32,000 nucleotides of DNA from Candidatus Brocadia sp. (GTDB taxonomy: Bacteria > Planctomycetota > Brocadiia > Brocadiales > Brocadiaceae), in the NCBI GenBank assembly GCA_021650915.1, contig CP091279.1, positions 2,190,001-2,222,000 of the forward strand, in the 5' to 3' direction. The notes beneath the pieces were generated by a model. That model was not told where the DNA came from, did no database searches, and was given only the letters and a program-made list of their open reading frames with translations. This document shows, one piece after another, positions 10,855 through 17,812 of this stretch (position 1 is its first letter; every line of letters starts with the position of its first letter). Both the position numbers and the translations under genes were made by a program.

Positions 10855-10891
10855 CTCTACCCTCCTTTGCACCGGGATAGGGAGGGTAGAG
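10855..10891. terminator. 11-bp perfect stem hairpin immediately downstream of the first PEP-CTERM mini-gene
   Basis: CTCTACCCTCC (10855-10865) pairs with GGAGGGTAGAG (10881-10891) around a 15-nt loop. It sits 25 nt beyond the stop at 10916. The U-tract on the minus strand is poor. Confidence 0.45.
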
Positions 10892-10915
10892 AAATTTTAG
10901 ATAACGAAAAGTATT

Positions 10916-11164
10916 TTATGAAATCCCATCCTTAGCGTCGTTCTGCTGACCAGCTAATTCCTTTGATTTCCACTTGCTTCTTAAATAACGTAAGCCAACC
11001 AGTGCACTGCCACCGGCTGCAAAAAGGGCATAACTAATTGGCTCAGGCACAGGTTTCGGTGGTTTATTTTTCCTTCCGTTAGCATCTGCAGAGTTGACAA
11101 CGATCATTGTGGACAACACAATGGCAGATAAACAACCTCCAAATGTTAACAATCTTTTTCTCAT
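10916..11164 (-). CDS. Mini PEP-CTERM protein (82 aa), copy 1
   Basis: The ATG at 11164 is preceded by AAAGGAGGAATGGAAT. The sequence is MRKRLLTFGGCLSAIVLSTMIVVNSADA (signal peptide) - NGRKNKPPKP - VPEP - ISYALFAAGGSALVGL (TM) - RYLRSKWKSK (basic cluster). This is the canonical PEP-CTERM sorting signal. The track start at 11215 is an upstream TTG. Confidence 0.8.
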   Translation of the reverse strand: MRKRLLTFGGCLSAIVLSTMIVVNSADANGRKNKPPKPVPEPISYALFAAGGSALVGLRYLRSKWKSKELAGQQNDAKDGIS

Positions 11165-11281
11165 ATTCCATTCCTCCTTTTTAGCGATTTTGTTAAATTT
11201 TCCATTACAACACAATTTTTGTCAGTTACCCGTTCCTTTTTCCCTCACCCTATAAACCGGCATTAGGGTAAGTACTTGACA

Positions 11282-11509
11282 TTATTCTGCTGACAAATCA
11301 CTTCCTTTTGATTTCCACCTGCTTCTTAAATAACGTAAACCAACTAACGCACTACCTCCGGCGGCAAAAAGGGCATAACTAATCGGCTCCGGCACAGGTT
11401 TCGGTGGTTTATTTTTCTTTCCGTTAGCATCTGCAGAATTGATAACAATCATCGTGGACAACACAAGAGCAGATAAACAACCTCCAAATGTTAACAATCT
11501 TTTTCTCAT
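11282..11509 (-). CDS. Mini PEP-CTERM protein (75 aa), copy 2
   Basis: It has the same architecture and is near-identical to copy 1 (MRKRLLTFGGCLSALVLSTMIVINSADANGKKNKPPKPVPEPISYALFAAGGSALVGLRYLRSRWKSK). The ATG at 11509 has the same GGAGGAA RBS. Confidence 0.8.
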   Translation of the reverse strand: MRKRLLTFGGCLSALVLSTMIVINSADANGKKNKPPKPVPEPISYALFAAGGSALVGLRYLRSRWKSKGSDLSAE

Positions 11510-11700
11510 ATTCCATTCCTCCTTTTTAACGATTTTGTTAAATTTTCCATTACAACACAATTTTTGTCAGTTACCCGTTCCTTTTTCCCTCACCCTATAA
11601 ACCTGCATTAAGACAAAGCCTGCTGCAAGATTGAGACAGGACAGAAGAAACCGATGCCTGTATTTGCGTATCAGATCCTTCTCTGGAAACAGCTATTAAA

Positions 11701-11876
11701 CAAAAAAAGCCTTACTGCCAACGGATACAACTTTTTTCGGCAGTAAGGCTATCTTTTTCTAGCTCAACTTCCTATTCGCTGGAAAAGATCCTTTCCTTTG
11801 CGTCCCCCGATCACTCGGGGTTTGCCTTTATCGTGTGCTTCTATCTTTCAGAGCTCAGCATGAACTTTTTTTGAGA
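11701..11876 (-). ncRNA. Candidate small RNA / leader: copy 1 of a 3-copy structured motif
   Basis: Box B (11786-11833) contains the hairpin CCCCGA-GUGA-UCGGGG on the minus strand. Box A is the 5' arm of a 12-bp terminator hairpin (11739-11750 pairs with 11708-11719) followed by a U run. A promoter lies upstream (next feature). The 5' end is inferred from the promoter only. Confidence 0.35.
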
Positions 11877-11882
11877 TATTGC

Positions 11883-11912
11883 AGTATATGTTATCACAGA
11901 ATTCATTGTCAA
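11883..11912 (-). promoter_or_regulatory. Sigma70-type promoter facing the motif copy 1
   Basis: The minus strand reads TTGACA (complement of 11907-11912), an 18-nt spacer, then TATACT (complement of 11883-11888). It starts 43 nt after the folC stop. Confidence 0.5.
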
Positions 11913-11954
11913 GAAAAAAATAGCAAATTTATATTTCTTTTTAAAAGGCAATCT

Positions 11955-13325
11955 TCATGAAATATACAAAGCTTGTCTGGCTTCTCCCGCCACATAAGAG
12001 GAACCGGTAATACAGATCATGTCTTCATGGGAAGCCATTTGTTTTGCCATGATTACGGCATCTTGGACGTTATTTACTATCTCTGGCTGTTTACCGCTGA
12101 TACGCTCTATCCTCTGATATAAATCTCCTGGGGCGGCAGCGCGGGGATTTTTGCTTCTGGTTACAATAATCGAGTCCGCTTCCATGACGATTTCCTTCAG
12201 GATAGTGTCCATATCCTTGTCCTGCGAGAACCCCAGCACGATGATTAACTTCCTGAAGGTGAAATTTTCTATCAGCGCCTTTTTCAGGAATCGCATGGAA
12301 TCGGCGGTATGCGCAAAATCCAGAATAATACAGGGGTTTTCTGCAATAACTTCGATCCTCGCCGGACAATGGAGCGCGGCAAGGGCTTTCCGAATGGTGT
12401 CATCATTTACAGCAATGATGCCCCGCTCCCTGAGAATTTCTAATGCACCAAAAACCAAAGCACAGTTTCTTGCCTGATGAATGCCAGCAAGGGGCAGGTA
12501 AATATTGTCATAGGTATATCGCCAGGTCTTTATCCGGCACAATATCCCCCGTATGCCATCCTTCACAAGGTGTTTTACCTCTTCAATCCAAATATCCCTG
12601 CCGAGAAGATACAGGGAGGCATTCTTCTCCCTGCAGGTTTTTTCCACGACGGAAAGGGCTTCTGCCCCTTCTATACCGGATACAAGCGGAACACCTTGTT
12701 TGATGATACCGGCTTTTTCATAGGCAATGCTCGAAAGGGTGTTACCCAGGATAGAGGTATGATCGAATCCGATATTGGTAATAATTGATGCCAGCGGCAC
12801 GACCACATTGGTTGAATCAAGGCGCCCGCCGAGCCCGACCTCCAAAACGGCCATTTCTGTTCGCTTCCTTTGAAAATACACCATGCTTAGCGCCGTAAGG
12901 ATTTCAAAAAAGGTGGGTGATGCGGACGGAGACGTTTCCTGTAAATACCGGATGTATGGCTGCAGTTCGTCCATGATACTGGCAAACTCGGTCTCAGCTA
13001 TTTTCTGACGATTTATCTGAATACGTTCTTTTAGATCAATGAGGTGGGGTGAGGTAAAAAGGCCGGTAACAAGACCGGCGTATTCCATAATGGTGGCCAT
13101 CATAATAGCCGTAGAGCCCTTCCCTTTCGTGCCGGTAATATGAACACAGGAAAGGTTTTTATGGGGATTTCCCATATGAGCAAGCAATTTTTCCATCCTG
13201 TCTAAACTGAAAGTGGATGCATTATACTGGTAGCTAATCAGCTTCTCATAATCGATTGCTTTATAAAGAAATGCCATCGCCTCCTGGTAGGAGGAAAATG
13301 CTGCTTTGTCTTGTTGATTATTCAT
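11955..13325 (-). CDS. folC: Bifunctional folylpolyglutamate synthase / dihydrofolate synthase (Mur-ligase family)
   Basis: Seen: the P-loop VHITGTKGKGSTAIMMA, followed by LFTSPHLIDLKERIQIN and VLEVGLGGRLDSTNVV. At 456 aa it has the typical FolC length. Confidence 0.88.
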   Translation of the reverse strand: MNNQQDKAAFSSYQEAMAFLYKAIDYEKLISYQYNASTFSLDRMEKLLAHMGNPHKNLSCVHITGTKGKGSTAIMMATIMEYAGLVTGLFTSPHLIDLKERIQINRQKIAETEFASIMDELQPYIRYLQETSPSASPTFFEILTALSMVYFQRKRTEMAVLEVGLGGRLDSTNVVVPLASIITNIGFDHTSILGNTLSSIAYEKAGIIKQGVPLVSGIEGAEALSVVEKTCREKNASLYLLGRDIWIEEVKHLVKDGIRGILCRIKTWRYTYDNIYLPLAGIHQARNCALVFGALEILRERGIIAVNDDTIRKALAALHCPARIEVIAENPCIILDFAHTADSMRFLKKALIENFTFRKLIIVLGFSQDKDMDTILKEIVMEADSIIVTRSKNPRAAAPGDLYQRIERISGKQPEIVNNVQDAVIMAKQMASHEDMICITGSSYVAGEARQALYIS

Positions 13326-13479
13326 TCCTTCGTTTGTTAAGGGGTTAGTTCTTTGGTGGCGTAGAAAAAAAGGAGACTTGGCTAAAGAAAAAGCCCTCTA
13401 AATACGGTAAAAATAGTTTAATAAAGGAAACGAAACCATAAAGAAAAGGAGGGCGATATGGGAGTTACTCTATGCACAG

Positions 13480-13508
13480 ATGGTATCACAATAGGATTTG
13501 GTTGTCAA
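13480..13508 (-). promoter_or_regulatory. Sigma70-type promoter for folC
   Basis: The minus strand reads TTGACA (complement of 13503-13508), a 17-nt spacer, then TACCAT (complement of 13480-13485). It lies about 150 nt upstream of the folC ATG. Confidence 0.4.
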
Positions 13509-13761
13509 TTTCGCGTTTAATTAGGCTGCCTTCGGCAGCGATTTTTCATCTCTCCTCTAAAAAGAAAGGATTCAAAAGCTTGAGATTCCCTACTGCCAGG
13601 GCTACCGAAGAATTTTATCCGGAAAGTACTGATTGGGTTTGGTGAGAGCGTCATGGTGTGATAATCATATAGAAGGCTCCTTCACAAAGCGATGCGAAAA
13701 TGTATCATAGAGGCATCGTGAAATAAACCATGAAAACAGTAAGAAAGAAGGAGGAGCAGAT

Positions 13762-13821
13762 ATGAGTTATTTTGTGGGAATAGATTTGCATTCGGATAAT
13801 AGTTACGTGGGGGTGATAGAT
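13762..13821 (+). pseudogene. IS110-family transposase, 5' fragment (20 codons)
   Basis: GGAGGAGCAGAT-ATG, then MSYFVGIDLHSDNSYVGVID. The reading frame then runs into the inverted repeat of the nested IS and stops. Confidence 0.8.
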
Positions 13822-15673
13822 AGTGTCTGAACGAAAACGCACTTTTTGTAAAAGTGCGAGGTCGATTTTCTATTTACCAATAGATAATTTTAAGATTTGA
13901 GATTAGGGTTTTTGGCAAAAATACTGTTCTTTTACATATTTCCCTTGTTTTCCCCTTTATTTTAGCCTTGTCTGGGCGTACCTGCCTCCCGGCAGACTGT
14001 TTTTCTTCGTGTTTTTTGCTTGCTTAGGCGGCTTTTCGCAACTTTTCGCACTGCTTCCGTGCCTTCTCCTGCAGCACGTTTCCCAGCTTGTGCAAATTCG
14101 CAGCTAACACGCCCATTGCACAATATCTTTTAAAGGCATGCAGCCCTTTGTCCGGACACCTATCCAAGCCGTGATGCTCCAAACGATTGATATCCGATTC
14201 TACCGCCGAGTGCTTGTGCCTTAGCTTCTTAAATGTCTTACCCGATTCCTCTTCCTGTTCCGCCTTATTCTTCTTGCCCTTCTTGGGAAGGATTACCTCT
14301 GGTATATACAAACTCAGCAACTCTTTATTCTCTTTCTTGTAAAAACCTTTATCAAAACTTATACTCTTTATTGTGCCTTCTCCGTAACGGCTCAACAACC
14401 TATCTGCCAATGGAATTACCAACGATACATCCGCCTGTTTTTCTCCTACCACATGGTCCACGATGAAACCCCACTGATCGCTTGCTACCAGAATATTATG
14501 TCCCAACTCTACCCTTTTGTTTGACTTGCCTTTGTACAGCCACTCCGTATGCGGCTCAAACAACGAATGAACCTTTTCTGCCGCCGGTATTACCTCATCC
14601 CGGATCACCCTTCTCTCCACCAGGTCTATCTGTTTATTCAACATCCCGTGAAAATACTCCAGTGTCCCTATTTTCCCTGCATGCTTGTCTACCTGGTTCG
14701 TCGTTAGCACCTTTTCGTAGATGGCTAACAGACTCGCTCCTATCTTTTCACTCAAACCCCTCGATAATTCCAAGTAACTCCTCACATGCTCTTCCTTGTT
14801 TTTCCCCCCCGCTGCTTGACGCCTTTGCGCTTATCCTCATCAGCTTTTTTAACTCTCTCCTCCAATATTTGCTCTTGCGCCATCCTTTCCCCGCCAGGAT
14901 GCCTTCCTCTATTGCATCCTCTATCATGTCCAGACTCTTGCGTCCCGCATCCCACAATAAATTCATATCGGTCGGAAAGTGTACATTCGTCTCTAACACA
15001 TACGTATCCACCTTAATACACAGTCCTTCGTCCTTTTTTTTAACCAACTGATGCCCCGATGATATCACCACTTCATTTATCTGCCTGAGGGTCTCCTCAT
15101 CCAACAATCTTATATTGTCCTTGATGCTCTGCATCGAAAAAACCTTCGCCTCTCCAAATGCCGTCTCAACCCCCATTATCTGCCTGATAAGTTTGTGATG
15201 GTTGGCAAAATCCTCCAACCTGTCATAATCGGCATCTAACCCTAATCTTACCACCGACAACACCAAAATATGCCATAAATCCATCCCATATCTTCCCGTC
15301 TTTTTCTTCCCCTTCGTTACCTTCGCCTCTAATATCCGGAATACCTCCTCGTTCAACTCCGGTGTAACATAGATATGTTGCAACGCCCTCAGTATCGGTG
15401 GTAGCTCATCTCGACTCTTTATTGGCAGTTTTACCCCTGAAATGGGTATGATGCCAAGCTTCAATTGCTGCTCAAATCTCTTTCTCATCTTCTATCGAAT
15501 GTCCTTTGGCTAGTGGGTTAATGAACCGAATATTTGGACTCTTTATACCCAGAATCCCTTCATTTTCGCCATATTTTACCCTTTTACCCGAAAAAATTCA
15601 ATGACTTTCATGAACATTTTTCACCAGCTTCTCCTTACTTTACAGGGCTCTGGGGGGTTTCCGTTCAAACACT
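13822..15673 (-). mobile_element. 1852-bp IS (IS5/IS1182-like DDE element) nested inside the IS110 transposase gene
   Basis: The terminal inverted repeats are AGTGTCTGAACGAAAACGC (13822-) and the reverse complement of the right end, AGTGTTTGAACGGAAACCC (-15673). The flanking 4-bp direct repeat is AGAT (13818-13821 and 15674-15677). The family assignment rests on a DUF772-like N-terminal region and a DDE-type C-terminal region, and is uncertain. Confidence 0.8.
14024..15488 (-). pseudogene. DDE transposase of the nested IS, split into two overlapping ORFs by a frameshift at a G7A5 run
   Basis: ORFs 14748..15488 and 14024..14785 are in frames +1 apart. Removing one G from the run (complement of 14804-14810) would read ...AKASSSGGKNKEEHVRSYLELSRGL... 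continuously. The C-terminal part contains ...SFDKGFY...HSAVESDINRLEHHGLDRC.... Confidence 0.75.
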
Positions 15674-15677
15674 AGAT

Positions 15678-16634
15678 AAGAACGATAGTCGGATATTTGG
15701 GAAGAAGCTCCCCAATGATCTTGGCTTAATATTAAAGGAATTAAAGCCGTTTCAGAAAGAGATAGAAGGGATCGTGGTAGAGTCGACGTACAACTGGTAT
15801 TGGCTGGTGGACGGATTACAGGCGGCGAAATACAAGGTACACCTGGCAAATCCTGCGGAAATGCAGCAGTATAGTGGAATGCAGTACACGGACGACACAT
15901 GGGATTCCTATTGGTTGGCGCACATGCTCCGATTAGGTATACTGCCGGAAGGCTATATCTATCCGAAAGAGATAAGGCCGGTACGGGATTTATTGAGAAA
16001 GCGAACCATGTTGGTACGGCACCGGACGGCGCACCTATTAAGCCTGCAAAATATGGTGAATCGCAATACCGGAAGAAAGGTGAACGTCAACGATGCGAAG
16101 AGACTGAGCGAAGAAAAGATAAGCGAGCAGTTAACGGACAAACACCACAAAATGGCCGTGCAGAGCGACAAGGCAGTCATAGACTTTTTCCATGAACAGA
16201 TAGACCGGATAGAAAAGGCCGTACTGAAAGAGGTAAAATTACGATATCCGTATGAAGAACTGCTCACCGTGCCGGGGATAGGCAAGATATTAGGGATAAC
16301 GATCATGCTTGAGACCGGAGATATCAACCGATTTCCCACGGTATCAGATTATTCTTCATACTGCCGGTGTGTATCGTCCCAAAAGATATCAAACGGGAAG
16401 AAGAAAGGAGAGGGGAATAAGAAGAACGGGAATAAGTATTTGGCATGGGCATATGTGGAAGCGGCAAATTTTATGCGGAGGTATAGTGAACCTGCCAGGA
16501 GTTGGCATCAACGCAAGGCAGCGAAGACGAACAAGATCGTGGCGATTAAGGCATTGAGTAACAAGGTAGCCAGGGCGTGCTACTTTATCATAAAAGACCA
16601 AACGCCATTTGATCCGAAGAAATTATTTCAATAG
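15678..16634 (+). pseudogene. IS110-family transposase, 3' fragment (318 codons)
   Basis: This is the in-frame part of track ORF 15534..16634, beginning at KNDSRIFGKKLPNDLGLILKELKPF. The 48 upstream codons are read-through of the nested IS end. Confidence 0.8.
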
Positions 16635-16636
16635 AA

Positions 16637-17019
16637 CTGTGAGTGGAGCAGGGAACCAAAGAGATACAAAGTGGTTTATAAAACCCAAACCGAATGGAAA
16701 CTGTTCCACTCACCAGAGAAAGGAGTAAGGGAAAGGGAATCCCGGATACTTTTGCCAATAATCGGTACGAGGGGTGGCAGAAGATTGCCTTGGAAAAAGC
16801 CATTCATGGGTTATTCAACACCCGAAAAAAGATATGTTTAAAGAGGAAGTCATGTGAGGAGCAAAGGCAAAGGAACAAGTGCAAGAGAGGAGGGCCAGAT
16901 CACAGAGATGAAAGAGCAGGGAAGCAGAGGTATGTAAAGGAATGAAAGAATGGGACAGTGAACCGGTAGTGGGGTTGGTAATCAATCCATGAGGTTTGAT
17001 TGGGAAGCTGTTCCATTCA
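16637..17019 (+). repeat. Two paralogous long stem-loops in the non-coding region 3' of the IS110 transposase
   Basis: Hairpin 1 pairs 16639-16651 with 16701-16713 (13 bp, one G.U). Hairpin 2 pairs 16948-16958 with 17008-17018 (11 bp, one G.U). Both enclose a 49-nt loop, and the arms differ by a compensatory G-C to A-U change. Confidence 0.4.
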
Positions 17020-17404
17020 TAAAACAGGGGCTGAAGGCATCATCTTCAAAGTCCGCCTATGCTGCGAGCCACAAGGGGTTGGCCAGAGAGCCACAGGTTT
17101 GTGACAATCAATTGGACACAGCATGGTACCAACGATTTTCTGGGGCAGAAACTTGCCAGGGGCAAAGGAATTCATCATATAAGCATGTCCTCATGTACAT
17201 GGGGAATAATTCCTGAATGTGTGCTGGATTTGTTCAGCACGAGCCTAGATCCGGATGGGTGACTGGTGCGGATTTATAATCCGTAACTGAAAAACCTGAA
17301 AATACGGGTGCGGTCAATGGGATGAATGCTTGCCAGACAATAAAATTATTTCGTTTGATAATGCAAAAAATCTGCGATTTTTTGCTACAGAAAATCTTTT
17401 TCGC

Positions 17405-17433
17405 TTGACAAAAGCCTTCTAATGGGTGACAAT
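17405..17433 (+). promoter_or_regulatory. Sigma70-like promoter, or the outward -35 of the IS110 right end
   Basis: TTGACA (17405-17410), a 17-nt spacer, then GACAAT (17428-17433). A 10-bp AT-rich hairpin (17363-17385) lies just upstream. Confidence 0.35.
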
Positions 17434-17462
17434 CCTCCACTCCAATCCTCCACAATCCTCCA
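17431..17462 (+). repeat. Three tandem AATCCTCCA units followed by a CCCC/GGGG hairpin and T5
   Basis: AATCCTCCA occurs at 17431, 17444 and 17454. This is followed by AATCCCC-ACATTA-GGGG-TTTTT (17462-17483). Confidence 0.6.
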
Positions 17463-17524
17463 ATCCCCACATTAGGGGTTTTTCAACTGAGTCATGTATA
17501 GGTGAGACGCTGTCCCGGCACTCT

Positions 17525-17740
17525 TCACTCGAGGATCTCTAGTTCAGCAATCTCGCCTTGTGGTGTCCGCCTCAGCACTCGTACGGATTGGTCAGGCCGG
17601 AGCACACCCGGGTCAACCAGAATTCCGGAACGACGTATCGTTGCACCTTCAGCAAGCATGACATGTTCGACTCCATTTGCAGTTTGCAACGCGAGCTGCA
17701 ATGGCCAGCTTTCCATTACTCGAAGAATCTTGCCTTTCAT
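17525..17740 (-). CDS. Small hypothetical protein (71 aa), probable beta-rich fold, downstream partner of the S1 protease
   Basis: The sequence is MKGKILRVMESWPLQLALQTANGVEHVMLAEGATIRRSGILVDPGVLRPDQSVRVLRRTPQGEIAELEILE. It has an alternating hydrophobic pattern, a GGAG 10 nt upstream of the ATG, and the same GC-rich composition as the protease gene. The overlapping plus-strand ORFs look like shadows. Confidence 0.5.
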   Translation of the reverse strand: MKGKILRVMESWPLQLALQTANGVEHVMLAEGATIRRSGILVDPGVLRPDQSVRVLRRTPQGEIAELEILE

Positions 17741-17764
17741 AACACAGCATCTCCAATAGAATAA

Positions 17765-17789
17765 GCGGGCAGCGGAAGATGCTGCCCGC
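17765..17789 (-). terminator. 9-bp GC-rich hairpin between the protease and the 71-aa ORF
   Basis: GCGGGCAGC (17765-17773) pairs with GCTGCCCGC (17781-17789) around a 7-nt loop. On the minus strand it is followed by UUAUUCUAUU. It could be a partial terminator or an mRNA processing/stability element. Confidence 0.45.
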
Positions 17790-17812
17790 CGCTCATAGCC
17801 GTGACAGGCAAA

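Larger units (their letters stand above)
10916..11615 (-). repeat. Tandem duplication (period ~345 bp) of gene plus upstream region
   Basis: The start codons are 345 nt apart. The upstream segments 11165-11268 and 11510-11614 are near-identical (…TTTTTGTCAGTTACCCGTTCCTTTTTCCCTCACCCTATAAACC…). The 3' ends of the two ORFs diverge. Confidence 0.85.
13762..16634 (+). mobile_element. IS110-family insertion sequence, minimal extent (disrupted transposase gene); true ends not determined
   Basis: The N-terminal 20 codons (13762-13821) and the remaining 318 codons (15678-16634) join in frame once the nested IS and one copy of AGAT are removed. The joined sequence is MSYFVGIDLHSDNSYVGVID|KNDSRIFGKKLPNDL..., which has the hallmark IS110 DEDD N-terminus (VGIDLH) and the C-terminal region LLTVPGIGKILGITIMLETGDINRF. 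IS110 elements lack clear inverted repeats, so the ends are left open. Confidence 0.8.

Noticed and set aside
10609-10935. 108-aa plus-strand ORF in the ricT / PEP-CTERM intergenic region
   Set aside because: It has no RBS and an odd composition. It runs through the 11-bp terminator hairpin and overlaps the 3' end of the PEP-CTERM gene. It has no recognisable motif and is most likely non-coding.
11786-11833. Box B of the repeated motif as a sigma54 promoter or PEP-CTERM-box-type DNA site (two TTTGC repeats flank the hairpin)
   Set aside because: No GG-N10-GC arrangement exists on either strand. The strand-specific G.U and compensatory pattern fits an RNA hairpin better than a protein-binding DNA palindrome. 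A DNA-site role cannot be fully excluded.
16694-17262. Plus-strand ORFs of 83, 75 and 67 aa in the region 3' of the IS110 transposase
   Set aside because: The K/R/E/G-rich translations simply reflect the purine-rich strand. The ORFs overlap each other in different frames and have no RBS. The region looks like structured RNA or DNA instead.
17262-17290. tRNA-like anticodon stem-loop (GCGGA-TTTATAA-TCCGT, anticodon TAT)
   Set aside because: No acceptor stem, D-arm or GTTCRANYC T-arm can be built around it. It is at best a tRNA fragment and more likely chance.
17045-17400. Short matches to RNase P RNA conserved regions, in the right order: AAAGTCCG at ~17048, GGGTGCGGT at ~17305, ACAGAAAA at ~17388
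   Set aside because: The universally conserved GAGGAAAGUCCGGGC and ACAGAAYCCGGCUUA blocks are not intact. The spacing does not fit type A RNase P, and no P4 pairing can be made. I treat these as coincidental 8-9-mers. A cmscan with RF00010 would settle it.
17411-17423. AAAAGCCTTCTAA as the missing terminator arm of motif copy 2, which would mean the GC island inserted into the terminator loop
   Set aside because: Only the first 9 nt match AAAAGCCTTACTGCC, and the rest cannot pair with GGCAGTAAGGCT at 19019-19030. The match is too weak to support the insertion scenario.
17431-17462. Possible CRISPR or other array from the AATCCTCCA repeats
   Set aside because: There are only three 9-nt units with 1-4-nt spacers, and there are no cas genes. 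This is far too short for a CRISPR array. It is reported instead as a short tandem repeat.
17502-17764. Plus-strand ORFs (85 and 68 aa) overlapping the 71-aa minus-strand ORF
   Set aside because: Their translations are Ser/Arg/Pro/Thr-rich, which is typical of the wrong frame in GC-rich DNA. The minus-strand ORF has an RBS and protein-like alternating hydrophobicity, and it follows the protease in the same orientation.
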